Assembly: GCA_964526635.1 (NCBI GenBank)
Contig: CAZGLR010000002.1
Coordinates: 3,912-67,911, forward strand
Reading direction: 5' to 3'
Origin: an uncultured Ignavibacteriales bacterium
GTDB taxonomy: Bacteria > Zixibacteria > MSB-5A5 > GN15 > JAAZOE01
Length of the DNA stretch: 64,000 nucleotides
Shown here: positions 16,941 to 27,619 of the stretch, piece by piece
Layout: each line of letters opens with the position of its first letter
Numbering within the stretch: position 1 is the first letter of the stretch
Notes under the pieces: model-generated
The model's database searches: none
What the model was told of the DNA's origin: nothing
What the model saw: the letters and a program-made list of their open reading frames with translations, nothing else
Made by a program: the position numbers and the translations under genes

Positions 16941-18704
16941 GTGATGGCGCGCAGAATTAAAAGACGATACTACGAAGATTTTGAACGCCACCCCGGGGGG
17001 CCGCGCTGGCTCCCCGCCGTGGTGTTTATTTCTATTACTGCCATCATGGCGGTGCCTTGGCTGCGCAATCTGCACGACTGGGGTATCCGCGACTGGGATT
17101 TATTCACCACCCTGCAGGCGGCGGTGGTGACATCTATTCGCGACTATAGTCAGTTTCCGTTCTGGAACCCCTATATCGGCGGTGGCAATATCCTGTTCGC
17201 CCATCCTGAAGTCGCCCTTATTCATCCCTTCACGATTCTGCTGCTGGTGTTCGGCACTCTCGTCGGCTTGAAGCTGCAAGTCATTGCCGCTTATTTGATT
17301 GGCTTTTGGGGTATGCATCGCCTTTCGCGGATGCTTGGTATCAGCTACTGGGGCGCGCTGGTACCGCCGGCCGCCTATATGCTGAGTTCTTACATGGCTC
17401 TGCATTTTGCCGCCGGTCATATTTCTTTTCATTATTTCTGCGCGTTTCCCTGGCTGGTCTATTTTTATAAATTGTCTCTGGAGAAACCGGTGCATATCCT
17501 TTCGGCTGGTTTGGTGCTAACATTTATGATCCTCGGTTCCGGCGCCGGGATTCCGCTTATTTTCTCACTGCTGTTTCTCTTCCTGTTCAGCCTGATGGAT
17601 ATAGGTGAAGACTATGGTATCATGCCGCCGCTCAAAGCGATCGCGGCCGGCATCTGCGGGCTGCTTTTCGGCGCAATCAAATTCGCCCCGATGCTCGATT
17701 ATTTTCTGCGTCATCCCTGGCAGCCGCCGATGGAGGCTGAGTCGATCCCGCTGTGGGTATTGCCGCACGCTTTTTTCAATTTCAATCAGGACAACTTTGC
17801 CAATCATTTCGCTTCCGGCACCTGGGGATGGCATGAATATGGTGCCTTCATTGGACCATTTACCGTCATCCTGGCCGGGATCGGCCTGGTCGTACGGATA
17901 CGCCTGGCCTGGAAATATATCATCCTGATCGGTATTTCGATTATGCTCATGATGGGATCATTCGCACCGTGGTCGCCATGGAATCTCCTGACCCAGGCAC
18001 CCTTTTTCGATACCATGCGGGTGCCGTCGCGCTTTTCTCTTCTGGCTGTGTTCTGTATTGCCTTACTGGCCGGCTGGGGGATAGACAGCCTGATGGTTTT
18101 CCTGAAGCATCAACGACGGATTCTGGCGGCGGTTTTGTTTGCCGGTGTCGTAATCACGCACTGCGCTGTCTGCTGGCCGATTCTGGGTTCGACCTTTACC
18201 AATCCGCCGGAACCGACAGTGCCCCCGGGTGCGTTTAAGCAAATCTATGGCGATCCTGACCGGATGTATGCCGCCTTTCTGGAAAATACCGGCACTATTC
18301 AGGCGGCCTGGATTTCGGCATATCGGCCGGGACGGGGGATTTTGTCGCCGGGTGGCCGGGTGGCGCAATGGTATTCGCAAGATGAGGCCGTCGATGTGCA
18401 ATCCTATGATTTTTCGCCCAACCGTCTGGTACTGAGAACAATCAGTGAGACCGGCGGAGCATTGGTGATATCGATGGGATATGATGCCGGCTGGAGGCAG
18501 GCCGATGGAGGCCGGCTCTATCCAACGGCTGAGTTGATTACGGTTGACGTCCCGCGCGGGGCGTCGCGGGTTGAGTTGTTTTATCTGCCTGATTACTTCA
18601 TTCTCGGCGCCTCAATCTCGGCTGTATCATTAATAGCTGCCCTGGTAGTTTATATTACAGCCTGGCGCCGTTCACGGCGTCATCCGAACTTGAATCCGGC
18701 CTGA
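16941..18704 (+). CDS. Large polytopic membrane protein (YfhO/GT-C-like, function unknown)
   Basis: 587 aa with at least 10 predicted TM helices and a C-terminal soluble beta-rich part plus a final TM. The FWNPYIGGGNILFAHPE loop resembles YfhO-type proteins. GTG/ATG start. Confidence 0.45.
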   Translation: MMARRIKRRYYEDFERHPGGPRWLPAVVFISITAIMAVPWLRNLHDWGIRDWDLFTTLQAAVVTSIRDYSQFPFWNPYIGGGNILFAHPEVALIHPFTILLLVFGTLVGLKLQVIAAYLIGFWGMHRLSRMLGISYWGALVPPAAYMLSSYMALHFAAGHISFHYFCAFPWLVYFYKLSLEKPVHILSAGLVLTFMILGSGAGIPLIFSLLFLFLFSLMDIGEDYGIMPPLKAIAAGICGLLFGAIKFAPMLDYFLRHPWQPPMEAESIPLWVLPHAFFNFNQDNFANHFASGTWGWHEYGAFIGPFTVILAGIGLVVRIRLAWKYIILIGISIMLMMGSFAPWSPWNLLTQAPFFDTMRVPSRFSLLAVFCIALLAGWGIDSLMVFLKHQRRILAAVLFAGVVITHCAVCWPILGSTFTNPPEPTVPPGAFKQIYGDPDRMYAAFLENTGTIQAAWISAYRPGRGILSPGGRVAQWYSQDEAVDVQSYDFSPNRLVLRTISETGGALVISMGYDAGWRQADGGRLYPTAELITVDVPRGASRVELFYLPDYFILGASISAVSLIAALVVYITAWRRSRRHPNLNPA

Positions 18705-18800
18705 GGCCGAATCGGGAGACGCCCTCCTTATATCTGCCTAATTTATTGCAGATCAATGAAATAGACACCTCTGGCGGCATTGCGGCGACGTGTAATTATC

Positions 18801-18829
18801 TTGACAGACACGGGCGTGTGCGCTATACT
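18801..18829 (+). promoter_or_regulatory. Consensus sigma-70 promoter TTGACA-N17-TATACT
   Basis: The -35 at 18801-18806 and the -10 at 18824-18829 are separated by exactly 17 nt. Lies about 37 nt upstream of the first EPS gene. Confidence 0.6.
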
Positions 18830-18865
18830 GTCCGGTTGAAATCGGACAAACATGGATAGTTGTAG

Positions 18866-20377
18866 ATGCGATATATTAATATGCGAAGCGCAGTTTGGAC
18901 AGCACTGATTCTCATGCTCGCAACTTTCAGCAGGGTCTCTGCTCAGGATATTGAAGAACAAACGCAATTAACTCTCGAAGAAATTGGACGAATGCTCCGC
19001 GCGCCATTGGCCGACGATCCCCGGAAACCGGGTGAGTTGTTGCAGCGTATTCAAATACGGTTTCTCGATACGTATGTCGACCCCGATCTATATATTGTTG
19101 GCCCCGGCGACAATTTCCAGATTAGTTTTACGTCCAATGAAATTCCGGACATCAATGCCGGGATTAATTCCGATGGCTCACTGTTTATCAAATCTGTGGG
19201 CACCTTGACTATGCCCCATGTCACTCTCGCTGAAGCCAAAACGATGATAAGTCAGGCTGTGGAGAAAAATTACAGCAAATCAGAGTATGCCGTCAATCTG
19301 GTCGGTTTCAGAGTCGCCCGCATGACTATTATCGGCGAAGTTGATAAGCCCGGTATCTATTATGCCCCCGGATCATGGCGCGTTTCAGAGGTTTTGGAAC
19401 TGGCCGGCGGATTGACAGCCAAAGCGGCCCAACGATCAATTACCTTAAGCGGCTTTGGTGACACCTTGACAGTTGACCTCGTGCGTTATCGCAGCTTTGG
19501 CCGGACCCATGATAATCCGCTTATTTGTCAGGGCAACCTGATTACTGTCCCGGCCCGCGACGATGAAACTGAAATTATCACGGTGGTCGGCATGGTCAAC
19601 CGTCCGGGACAATTTGAATACCGGGATAATGACCGGCTCCGCGATTATATTGCCTATGCCGGGGGTATAAACGGCCCCGCTGATGAAATTTTTGTCATGC
19701 TTTCTTCAAAAAATCATGATAGTGAAACGAACATAGATGCCGGCGACAGCGAAGCCCTGAATTCTCCGGTACGGGGTGGAGATAATATAAAACTGGAATG
19801 GAAATCGGACCGTACCACATATGGTTATATTGATATCTATGGTGAGGTGGCATTTCCCGGACGGCATGCGATCGACAGGGATACCCTCGCCCTCGACGCG
19901 CTCGTCGCGCTCGGCGGAGGATTTACTAATCGGGCCAACACCGAGACAGTCGAGATTTATCGTCGATCATGGCGGGATGATAATCAACGATATCGTCTGT
20001 CACGATCCACCATCGGTCAGGAGGTAACAGCATCGCGGCGCAAAACAAATTCGTACCAGATGAGTATTAATCCGCGGGAACGTCAAAACTATGGAGATAT
20101 CTTGCTGATCGACCGCGATTCTGTGTATATTCCACGGGCAACCGGTATGGTCTCTGTGATTGGAGCGGTTGCCACACCGGGATTGGTTACGTATACTTCA
20201 GGAAAAGATGTTGATTATTATCTGTCGCAGGTCGGTGGTTTGGGTTATAATGCGGATCAGGATGGCATTGTCGTGATTAATCCGTATACCGGCGGCCAGA
20301 TGCCGGCTGCGGCTGTGCGCCGGGTATTCGATGGTGAGATCATTCAGGTTCCTGTCAGGGAGAGGCAAAATAAATAA
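18866..20377 (+). CDS. Polysaccharide export outer-membrane protein (Wza/OPX family, Poly_export plus SLBB repeats)
   Basis: Signal peptide, the YIVGPGDNFQISF Poly_export motif, and several SLBB-like repeats (GEVDKPGIYY, GMVNRPGQFEY, GEVAFPGRH, GAVATPGLVTY). Confidence 0.8.
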   Translation: MRYINMRSAVWTALILMLATFSRVSAQDIEEQTQLTLEEIGRMLRAPLADDPRKPGELLQRIQIRFLDTYVDPDLYIVGPGDNFQISFTSNEIPDINAGINSDGSLFIKSVGTLTMPHVTLAEAKTMISQAVEKNYSKSEYAVNLVGFRVARMTIIGEVDKPGIYYAPGSWRVSEVLELAGGLTAKAAQRSITLSGFGDTLTVDLVRYRSFGRTHDNPLICQGNLITVPARDDETEIITVVGMVNRPGQFEYRDNDRLRDYIAYAGGINGPADEIFVMLSSKNHDSETNIDAGDSEALNSPVRGGDNIKLEWKSDRTTYGYIDIYGEVAFPGRHAIDRDTLALDALVALGGGFTNRANTETVEIYRRSWRDDNQRYRLSRSTIGQEVTASRRKTNSYQMSINPRERQNYGDILLIDRDSVYIPRATGMVSVIGAVATPGLVTYTSGKDVDYYLSQVGGLGYNADQDGIVVINPYTGGQMPAAAVRRVFDGEIIQVPVRERQNK

Positions 20378-21576
20378 TGATGAATGATTCGACGCAGGGA
20401 TTCAATCTCTGGAAACTGCTCCTGGTTCTGGCTCACCGCAAGTTCTTTATCGTCGGGCTGGTGGGACTGGTCACCGTCGTGGCCGTGATCATTGCCCTGG
20501 CCCTGCCGAAATGGTATCGAGCGAAAACGTCGATTCTACCCTCTCAGTATGAGCAATCACTTGGTATCTCCGGTAATTTTTCGCAATTTGTACAATCATC
20601 AGCCGGGTTCGAGCTGCCGATTATGGCGACGCCATCGGATGTGTTTGCAACTATGCTGAAATCACACACTATCGCCCGCGCCCTGATCGAGGAACATAAA
20701 CTGGCCGAGCGTTATGACATCTCCAGATTTCAGGAACTCTACGGGTATCTTCAGGATAAAACGAGAATCGTAGTGACCGAAGAGGGCATCGTCGAGTTGT
20801 ATTTCGAAGACCGGGACCCTGAGCTGGCCGCCGCCATTGCCAACAGCTATATCGAACATCTCGATAATCTCAACCGTCAGGTAAAATCTGCCAAAGCCAA
20901 GGCAGATCGCGAGTTTATCCATCAGCGGATGGTGACCACCAAATCCCGCCTTGATTCGGCCCGGGGAGATTTGCTTGACTTTCAGCGCGAAAACAAGGCT
21001 GTTGATTTGACTCAGCAGATGGAGATGGCGATCGCCTCGGCAACCGAACTGAAAACCCGCCTGGCCTTGATTGAGGTCGAACTTGACGTCCAGAAGAACA
21101 TGTACTCCAGCGAGCATTCCCGGGTCCGGAAACTCGAAACCGAGGCCGCCGAACTCAAGCGGCAACTGACCCGGATTGAAGACGGTTCCGATGCGGGGGA
21201 AAGTTATACCAGCCTGGCGCTTTCGCGTATGCCGGAATTATCGGTCGTTCATGCGCAGCTCGTCGCCGATATGGCCATGCAGGAAAAAGTCTATGACCTG
21301 TTGGTTGGATTGTATGAAGAAGCTAGAATAAAAGAACAGAAAGATACGCCGACTATCGCAGTTCTCGAAACAGCCTATTCTCCCGATATAAAGCACAAGC
21401 CCAAACGGTCATTAATTGTCATGGTGGCATTCTTCGGTTCGCTGTGTGTTGCGGTCTTTCTTGCTCTGTTTGCCGATTACCTTGAGCAATTGCGCCGTAT
21501 ATCGCCGGCCGACTATGAACTGCTGAATCAGGCGCGACGTGAAATAACCGGGAAGACCAGGTATTCGGATTCCTGA
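20377..21576 (+). CDS. Polysaccharide chain-length determinant (Wzz/PCP family) without a kinase domain
   Basis: N-terminal TM plus the PKWYRAKTSILP Wzz motif, a long coiled-coil periplasmic region and a C-terminal TM. No Walker-A tyrosine-kinase module. Start overlaps the previous stop. Confidence 0.75.
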   Translation: MMNDSTQGFNLWKLLLVLAHRKFFIVGLVGLVTVVAVIIALALPKWYRAKTSILPSQYEQSLGISGNFSQFVQSSAGFELPIMATPSDVFATMLKSHTIARALIEEHKLAERYDISRFQELYGYLQDKTRIVVTEEGIVELYFEDRDPELAAAIANSYIEHLDNLNRQVKSAKAKADREFIHQRMVTTKSRLDSARGDLLDFQRENKAVDLTQQMEMAIASATELKTRLALIEVELDVQKNMYSSEHSRVRKLETEAAELKRQLTRIEDGSDAGESYTSLALSRMPELSVVHAQLVADMAMQEKVYDLLVGLYEEARIKEQKDTPTIAVLETAYSPDIKHKPKRSLIVMVAFFGSLCVAVFLALFADYLEQLRRISPADYELLNQARREITGKTRYSDS

Positions 21577-21654
21577 TATCTGCTGCTGAATGGCGCCAAT
21601 CGTGATCGTCTGTCTTTATCCACACAACCGTTTTGTCAAGGTGAGGAAATAGCT

Positions 21655-22413
21655 GTGGGAACATCATCCATTGACTCACACGCATCAATTGCATCCAGCG
21701 CTGTTATCGGCGACTTCTGTGTTGTCGCAAAAAACGTCTCGATCGGCGCCGGGTGTGTCATCGGTCATCATGTCGTAATTCACGAAGATACTGTCATCGG
21801 CGACAATGTTCGTATCGATGATCATACGGTCATCGGTAAGCGACCAATGCGGGCTGCAAATTCGGCGGTTACCAAAGATCAGCAGTTGCCGCCGTGCCGA
21901 ATCGACAGCGACTGCATTATCGGGACCGGAGCGGTAATCTATCGCGGCTGTGAACTCGGGCGCAAAGTCCTGGTCGCCGATCTGGCCACGGTCCGCGAGG
22001 ATGTCACTATCGGCGATTTTACCATCGTCGGCCGCGCCTCGGCCATAGAAAACAAATGCAGTATTGGCCGCTACTGCAAGCTGGAAACCAATTCCTATAT
22101 TACCGCTTACAGCGAGCTGGCTGACCGGGTCTTCGTGGCGCCTTGTGTGGCCACGTCAAATGATAATTTTATCGGACGGACCGAAGAGCGCTTTGAGCAC
22201 TTCAAAGGCGTGATTGCTGAAAAAGGCGCCCGCATCGGCGTAGGCGCAATTATTCTGCCTGGAAAAACTATCGGCGCCGACGCCCTTATTGCCGCCGGAG
22301 CGGTCGTCACCAAAGACGTTCCCTCCAAACGCATCTGGGCCGGATCACCGGCCAAAGATATTCGCGAGGTCCGCAAAGAACAACTGCTTGAGAATCAGGG
22401 ATGGCCTGAATAG
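21655..22413 (+). CDS. Left-handed beta-helix (hexapeptide-repeat) acyl/acetyltransferase
   Basis: Repeated [LIV]G-x4 hexapeptide pattern throughout (IGAGCVIGHHVVIHEDTVIGDNVRIDDHTVIG...). GTG start. Confidence 0.75.
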   Translation: MGTSSIDSHASIASSAVIGDFCVVAKNVSIGAGCVIGHHVVIHEDTVIGDNVRIDDHTVIGKRPMRAANSAVTKDQQLPPCRIDSDCIIGTGAVIYRGCELGRKVLVADLATVREDVTIGDFTIVGRASAIENKCSIGRYCKLETNSYITAYSELADRVFVAPCVATSNDNFIGRTEERFEHFKGVIAEKGARIGVGAIILPGKTIGADALIAAGAVVTKDVPSKRIWAGSPAKDIREVRKEQLLENQGWPE

Positions 22414-22422
22414 GGAGCGATT

Positions 22423-23523
22423 ATGCCGGTACCATTGATTGATATCACCCGTCAGTATCAGCCGATCGAACAAGACATTCACGACGCTGTCGGGCGTGTC
22501 TTGAAACATTGCCGATTTATCCTTGGTGACGAAGTCAAAGAATTTGAAGCTATGGCCGCAACATACTGCGGCAGTAAACACGCTATCGGCGTCGCCTCGG
22601 GCACCGACGCCCTGATTCTGGCCCTCCACGCCTGCGGTATTGGCCACGGCGATGAAGTCATTACGTCCGATTTTTCTTTCTTCGCCTCGGCCGGCGTTAT
22701 CAGTCGCCTGGGGGCCCGCCCCGTATTTGTCGATATCGATCCCGAAACCTTCAACATGGATCCAGGTCTCATCGAAGCCGCTATCACTGTCCGGACCAAA
22801 GCCATTATGCCGGTCCACCTGTTCGGCCAATGCGCCGATATGGATCCGATCATGAACATCGCACGAAAACGCGGTTTGAAAGTCATCGAAGATGCCGCCC
22901 AGGCTATCGGCGCCAAGTACAAAAACCGCAATGCCGGAACGATCGGCGATTTAGGCTGCTTTTCCTTTTTCCCGACTAAAAATCTTGGCTGTGCCGGTGA
23001 CGGCGGCATGGTGACAACCGATGACGATCACCTGGCCGATATTGTCAGAATGCTGCGCACCCACGGTGGAACTTCAGAATACGAACACAAGATGGTCGGG
23101 TATAACTCGCGCCTCGATGCCCTTCAGGCGGCCCTGCTGGCAGTGAAACTTCCGCACCTCGACGCCTGGACCGAAGCCCGCCGCACCCACGCTGTCCGCT
23201 ATGATACCGAACTGGCCGGTTTGCCCGTGAAGACTCCCGCTGTTTTCGATGGCAACTACCATATCTATAACCAGTATACGATCTCAGCCGAACAGCGCGA
23301 TGATCTCGCGGCCTTTCTGAAAGATCGGGGTATCGGCCACAAAGTCTATTATCCGGCGCCATTTCATCTCCTGGAATGTTTCGCCGATCTCGACTATTCA
23401 AAAAGCGAGTTCCCGAGAAGCAAGAAAGCGACCGAGACGGTGCTGTCCATCCCGATCTTTGGGGAGATGACCGACGATGAACAAACACAGGTTATTGCGG
23501 CCATAAAAGACTTCTTTGTATAG
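22423..23523 (+). CDS. DegT/DnrJ/EryC1/StrS-family PLP sugar aminotransferase
   Basis: 366 aa with GDEVITSDFSFFA, DAAQAIGAKY and SFFPTKNLG (Lys for PLP), typical of the family. Confidence 0.85.
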   Translation: MPVPLIDITRQYQPIEQDIHDAVGRVLKHCRFILGDEVKEFEAMAATYCGSKHAIGVASGTDALILALHACGIGHGDEVITSDFSFFASAGVISRLGARPVFVDIDPETFNMDPGLIEAAITVRTKAIMPVHLFGQCADMDPIMNIARKRGLKVIEDAAQAIGAKYKNRNAGTIGDLGCFSFFPTKNLGCAGDGGMVTTDDDHLADIVRMLRTHGGTSEYEHKMVGYNSRLDALQAALLAVKLPHLDAWTEARRTHAVRYDTELAGLPVKTPAVFDGNYHIYNQYTISAEQRDDLAAFLKDRGIGHKVYYPAPFHLLECFADLDYSKSEFPRSKKATETVLSIPIFGEMTDDEQTQVIAAIKDFFV

Positions 23524-23594
23524 ACGAGAACACTGTCACCAGTGTATACAGGAACAGCGGGCAACGGTAAATCAGCTGAATAAGAACGGGTTGA

Positions 23595-25139
23595 ATGAAC
23601 GATTCGTCGGTGACACCCAAGCAGGCAACTGTAACTATTGCACTTCTGGTGCTTGCGGCCAAAGGCATCGGGTTTATCCGCGAAATCATAATCGCACACC
23701 GTTTCGGAACCTCCGCCGAATATGACGCCTACCTGGTGGCCATCTCAATCCCGATCGCCCTGTATGTCCTCATCAACGGCACCCTGACAAATTATTTCCT
23801 GCCGCGTTACACCCGCGCGATAAAATCCGAACAGACGATGTCGGTGCTGGCCCTTTTGAGTGGCGAATACCTGATAGCGCTGGCGGGCTCGGTTGTTGCA
23901 GCCATACTTGTGGCACTGGCCGCCCCGCAGATAATTTCGCTTATTGCTCCGGGAATAGATGGATACTTTCGCGATCAGGCGATTCTGTTTACCCGTCTTT
24001 CGACTGCCGTTATCATCCTGTCAGTGATCGAGTCGATTGCGCGGGCGGTTTTGCATGCCCGGAAGCGATTTGTAGTCCCGGCTTTGGCGCCGATTATAAA
24101 CAGCCTGATTTTGATCACCGCCATCCTTGTTCTGTCGGGTAAGTTGTCGACTTTGGCTATCCTGATCGGACTTGTGGCCGGGCATATGGCGCAGGCTGCA
24201 CTAATATATATCCCATATCGCCGCGTTGGTCTGGGAACGGAGTCATCGGCGGCGCCTTCGGGACGCCAATTGCGGATATTTACGGTAACAGTTTTCACTA
24301 TCCTGGTGATTGAGGCCTCCGCCCAGGTGTATGCTGTCATTGACCGCTATTTTGCATCGTTTATGGGGGACGGAATCATCTCCGCGCTGGGCTATGCCTA
24401 TATCGTCATGATGCTGCCGGTTAACCTGCTGGCATATGCGTTGTCGACCGCGATCTATCCCTATTTAAGCGATGCCTTTGCCGAAAACGATTCGGCCCGA
24501 TCGGGATATTTACTGACACGCGGCCTCTGCGTGGCCTTGGTGATGGGAATCCCCGCCGCGATTTTTCTCTTTCTCTTTGCCGAGCCGCTGATCATACTCC
24601 TGTTCCGCCGCGGGGCATTCGACAGTCAGTCGGTGATCCTGACATCGAATCTCCTGATGGCTTTCGCCCCCGGGCTGGCCGGGCAGTTCTTAATATGGAT
24701 CCTGGCCCGCGCCTGCTATGCCGCCGGACGATTCACGCTGCTGGCCCTACAGGTAATTCTCTTGCTCGCAGCGAAATTCTTCCTGTCGGCTATGGCGATG
24801 GAACTCTATGGCTATACCGGACTGGCTATCGCCAGCAGTATCTGTTATCTGGGCGGCAGTATCATCATGGCAATCTTTGTCCATCGGGTGATTACGGCGG
24901 TTGACCTTAATCGGATTTTATCCTATGTTGGTAAGTTGCTGGCCGCTGGTGCGATGTCTTTGACGGCGGGATGGGCTCTGTCTGTACTTGTGCCCCTCGA
25001 TTCAACGACGTTTGTTACTGTGGCGCTGACATCAGCCCCGGCAGTGATAGCTTCAATAGCAGTGTTTTTCGCTATCGGACTGATTATGAGAATACCTGAA
25101 ATAGTCGACCTTTTTTCAGCGATGAGGCGTGCTCACTAA
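23595..25139 (+). CDS. murJ: MurJ/MviN-family (MOP superfamily) lipid-linked glycan flippase
   Basis: 514 aa, about 14 TM helices. The N-terminal AAKGIGFIREIIIAHRFGTSAEYDAYLVA matches the MurJ signature. Confidence 0.65.
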   Translation: MNDSSVTPKQATVTIALLVLAAKGIGFIREIIIAHRFGTSAEYDAYLVAISIPIALYVLINGTLTNYFLPRYTRAIKSEQTMSVLALLSGEYLIALAGSVVAAILVALAAPQIISLIAPGIDGYFRDQAILFTRLSTAVIILSVIESIARAVLHARKRFVVPALAPIINSLILITAILVLSGKLSTLAILIGLVAGHMAQAALIYIPYRRVGLGTESSAAPSGRQLRIFTVTVFTILVIEASAQVYAVIDRYFASFMGDGIISALGYAYIVMMLPVNLLAYALSTAIYPYLSDAFAENDSARSGYLLTRGLCVALVMGIPAAIFLFLFAEPLIILLFRRGAFDSQSVILTSNLLMAFAPGLAGQFLIWILARACYAAGRFTLLALQVILLLAAKFFLSAMAMELYGYTGLAIASSICYLGGSIIMAIFVHRVITAVDLNRILSYVGKLLAAGAMSLTAGWALSVLVPLDSTTFVTVALTSAPAVIASIAVFFAIGLIMRIPEIVDLFSAMRRAH

Positions 25140-25145
25140 CAACGT

Positions 25146-26534
25146 ATGTCGTCGCGAATAAGCCATATTCCGTTTTACGACCGGCACACGACGCCGGATT
25201 GGAAACTGTTTGTCGCCGGGTTGCTGTATATCATACCGATCGGTCTTTTGTATTTTTATAAGCCGATGCTGGCTGTGCTGTTTGCCCTGACGCCCCCGTT
25301 GATTCTGCTTATTTCACATGGCGCAACTACCATATATGTCTTAACCGCAGCCACATTCCTTTTTTTGCCGTGGGATGGTCCGGTGACTCTGCTGCCGCCC
25401 GATATTATGGCTATGATTCTGGCTGTGTCTTATTTGCTTGATCTTCTGTGCCATGGCAAACTTGCCCGTCCGAACATGATTGCCCGCCTGTTTTTTGCCT
25501 ATCTTGTTGTCGCCCTGATCTCGATCGCCCTGCAGGGTTTCACCATGTTGTCGGTGCGCTACTTCGGACGGCAGATACTCCTGTTTATCACCTTCGCCGC
25601 CGTTGCCCATTTCGGGCCAAAACTGCGTGTTAAAGACGTACTGATGGTTTATGTCGGGGTTACCCTGCTGAATTCGCTGTATTCACTGGCGCAGTTTTTC
25701 GCATCTGGAGGTTCGCTGCGGACCTTCGGATTGGCGGGACGGGGCTATGGCGACCATGCCGTGATCGCCTTCATTATTTCGGCCATCTATTTTATCTGGT
25801 CGCGTGATATCCGGCACCGGTTTTTCTGGCTGGGCGCCAGTCTGATCACCATTGCTGCTCTGGCTGCCACGCAAACACGGGCGTCGGTGATCTCCGCCGG
25901 AATCGCCGGCGTTGTCATCCTTTTTTCGACATTCTGGGCGATGCGCCACTCGGGAGACCGACTTCCCCTCAAAAATCTGCGGCTGGCCATGATTCTGGCC
26001 ATTTTCGGAATACCGCTTCTTGCTATTTATACGCCGATCTTCGATGGCATCCTTGATCGTTTCTCATACATCGGACCGACCCCGTCGGAAACCATACTGC
26101 TGCGGGTAACGATCTGGAAAGCCGCCTTTGCGGCGTTCATTAAAAACCCGCTGTTCGGCATCGGGGTCGGCAACTATGCCAATGTCGCCCAATGGGTCCC
26201 GGAAGTACGCTTTGATCATATTTTCTATCTTGTGGCCGGGCGCAGTGCCCATTCCGTCTTTATGTCTGTTCTGGCCGAGATGGGTATTTTCGGCATTATC
26301 GTCGTTACCTGGTTTTTTACCCGCTCGGTGCGGCATTCATGGCGCCTTTTCGCTGTTTCCGGTTCCTATACCCAGGTTGCCGAAACCCAATCGCTGTTTG
26401 TTATTGCCCTGATAATTGCCATATCATCCATCTATGCCGGCGCCTGGTTCTGGGGGAGCAACAGCTATCATATGGCCCTGTTTTTGGGACTGGCGGCCAC
26501 CTATCGCCATAGCCTGCCGAAAGATGTTTCATAG
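25146..26534 (+). CDS. O-antigen ligase/polymerase-like (Wzy_C) membrane protein
   Basis: 462-aa polytopic ORF with the AATQTRASVISAG loop motif and a large periplasmic loop typical of Wzy_C proteins. Confidence 0.7.
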   Translation: MSSRISHIPFYDRHTTPDWKLFVAGLLYIIPIGLLYFYKPMLAVLFALTPPLILLISHGATTIYVLTAATFLFLPWDGPVTLLPPDIMAMILAVSYLLDLLCHGKLARPNMIARLFFAYLVVALISIALQGFTMLSVRYFGRQILLFITFAAVAHFGPKLRVKDVLMVYVGVTLLNSLYSLAQFFASGGSLRTFGLAGRGYGDHAVIAFIISAIYFIWSRDIRHRFFWLGASLITIAALAATQTRASVISAGIAGVVILFSTFWAMRHSGDRLPLKNLRLAMILAIFGIPLLAIYTPIFDGILDRFSYIGPTPSETILLRVTIWKAAFAAFIKNPLFGIGVGNYANVAQWVPEVRFDHIFYLVAGRSAHSVFMSVLAEMGIFGIIVVTWFFTRSVRHSWRLFAVSGSYTQVAETQSLFVIALIIAISSIYAGAWFWGSNSYHMALFLGLAATYRHSLPKDVS

Positions 26535-26548
26535 GGCAACATAATCCA

Positions 26549-27619
26549 ATGGCACTTTCCAGAACCATAGCCATGACTGCCCCGGCCGCCTCACCCCACA
26601 CGCAGCGCTGGGCAAAAGGACTGGCCGACCGTGGATATCAGGTCGTACTAATCAGCAACAACCATCGGCGCATCACGCTCGATGGCATCGACATTCATTA
26701 TCTGCCCGGTTCGACAAAGCTGTCCTATATTACCAATCTGCCACGGGTGAAACGACTCCTGAAGCACCTTCGGCCCGACATTGTACATGCCCATTTTGTG
26801 GCCGGCTATGGTCTCTGGGGGGCCGCCGAGGGCCGGGCGCCGTTTATAGCCTCGGTCTGGGGCTCAGATATCGAAGACGCTCTTGCGCATCGCGCAACGA
26901 TTGGCCTGATTGTCCGCAACACACTGCGCAAGGCGCGTTTTATCACCGCCTCCAGCCGGTTTCTGCTTGACCGCGTGCGGTCTTTTGATCCTATGCTGAC
27001 CACACGCAGCCGGGTCATACCGATTGGCGTCGATATTCCCGACGAAATACCGCCTAAGCCAGAATCGCCGGATCGCATCACTATCGTTTTTGCCAAGGCG
27101 TATCATCCGTTTTATGCGCCCGAAGTCGCCCTGCAGGGATTTGCCTGGGCCGCGGCCAAAGACAGACGCCTTCATCTGGTGATGCTTGGCGCCGGTACCG
27201 ACAGCGCCGAATGCCGCGCGCTGGCTCGCCAATTGAAAATCGACGATCGCATCAAACTAATCGGTGCTGTCGATCACTCCTGTGCGCTACGGCATATTCA
27301 AGAATCCGATATCATGATCATGCCGTCGCGACGGGAATCATTCGGCGTCGCCGCCCTCGAGGCCGCCGCCGCCGCTGTTCCCGTGATTGCAAGCCGCATC
27401 GGCGGTATTCCGGAAGTAGTCGATGATGGCATCACCGGCATCCTGATTGATGTCGATGATTCCATTGCGCTGTCTGAAGCGATTTTGAAAATATCCGAAG
27501 ATGCCGCCTTGCGCAGCACCATGGGGGCGGCTGCCTACGAAATGGTAAAAGCGAGATATTCAAGCGATGCCGCGCTGGATCACATGATCGAACTCTATGA
27601 TCAGGCGCTGGGGGTATGA
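26549..27619 (+). CDS. Glycosyltransferase, GT4 (GT-B) family
   Basis: C-terminal MPSRRESFGVAALEAAAAAVPVIASRIGGIPEVV, the E-x7-E GT4 signature. Confidence 0.8.
   Translation: MALSRTIAMTAPAASPHTQRWAKGLADRGYQVVLISNNHRRITLDGIDIHYLPGSTKLSYITNLPRVKRLLKHLRPDIVHAHFVAGYGLWGAAEGRAPFIASVWGSDIEDALAHRATIGLIVRNTLRKARFITASSRFLLDRVRSFDPMLTTRSRVIPIGVDIPDEIPPKPESPDRITIVFAKAYHPFYAPEVALQGFAWAAAKDRRLHLVMLGAGTDSAECRALARQLKIDDRIKLIGAVDHSCALRHIQESDIMIMPSRRESFGVAALEAAAAAVPVIASRIGGIPEVVDDGITGILIDVDDSIALSEAILKISEDAALRSTMGAAAYEMVKARYSSDAALDHMIELYDQALGV

Noticed and set aside
16941-26534. Whether either of the large polytopic proteins (16941-18704 and 25146-26534) is the exosortase expected for the PEP-CTERM protein.
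   Set aside because: The second has the O-antigen-ligase loop motif (TQTRAS) and the first resembles YfhO/GT-C. I could not recognise exosortase hallmarks by eye, so this is left open for an HMM search rather than claimed.
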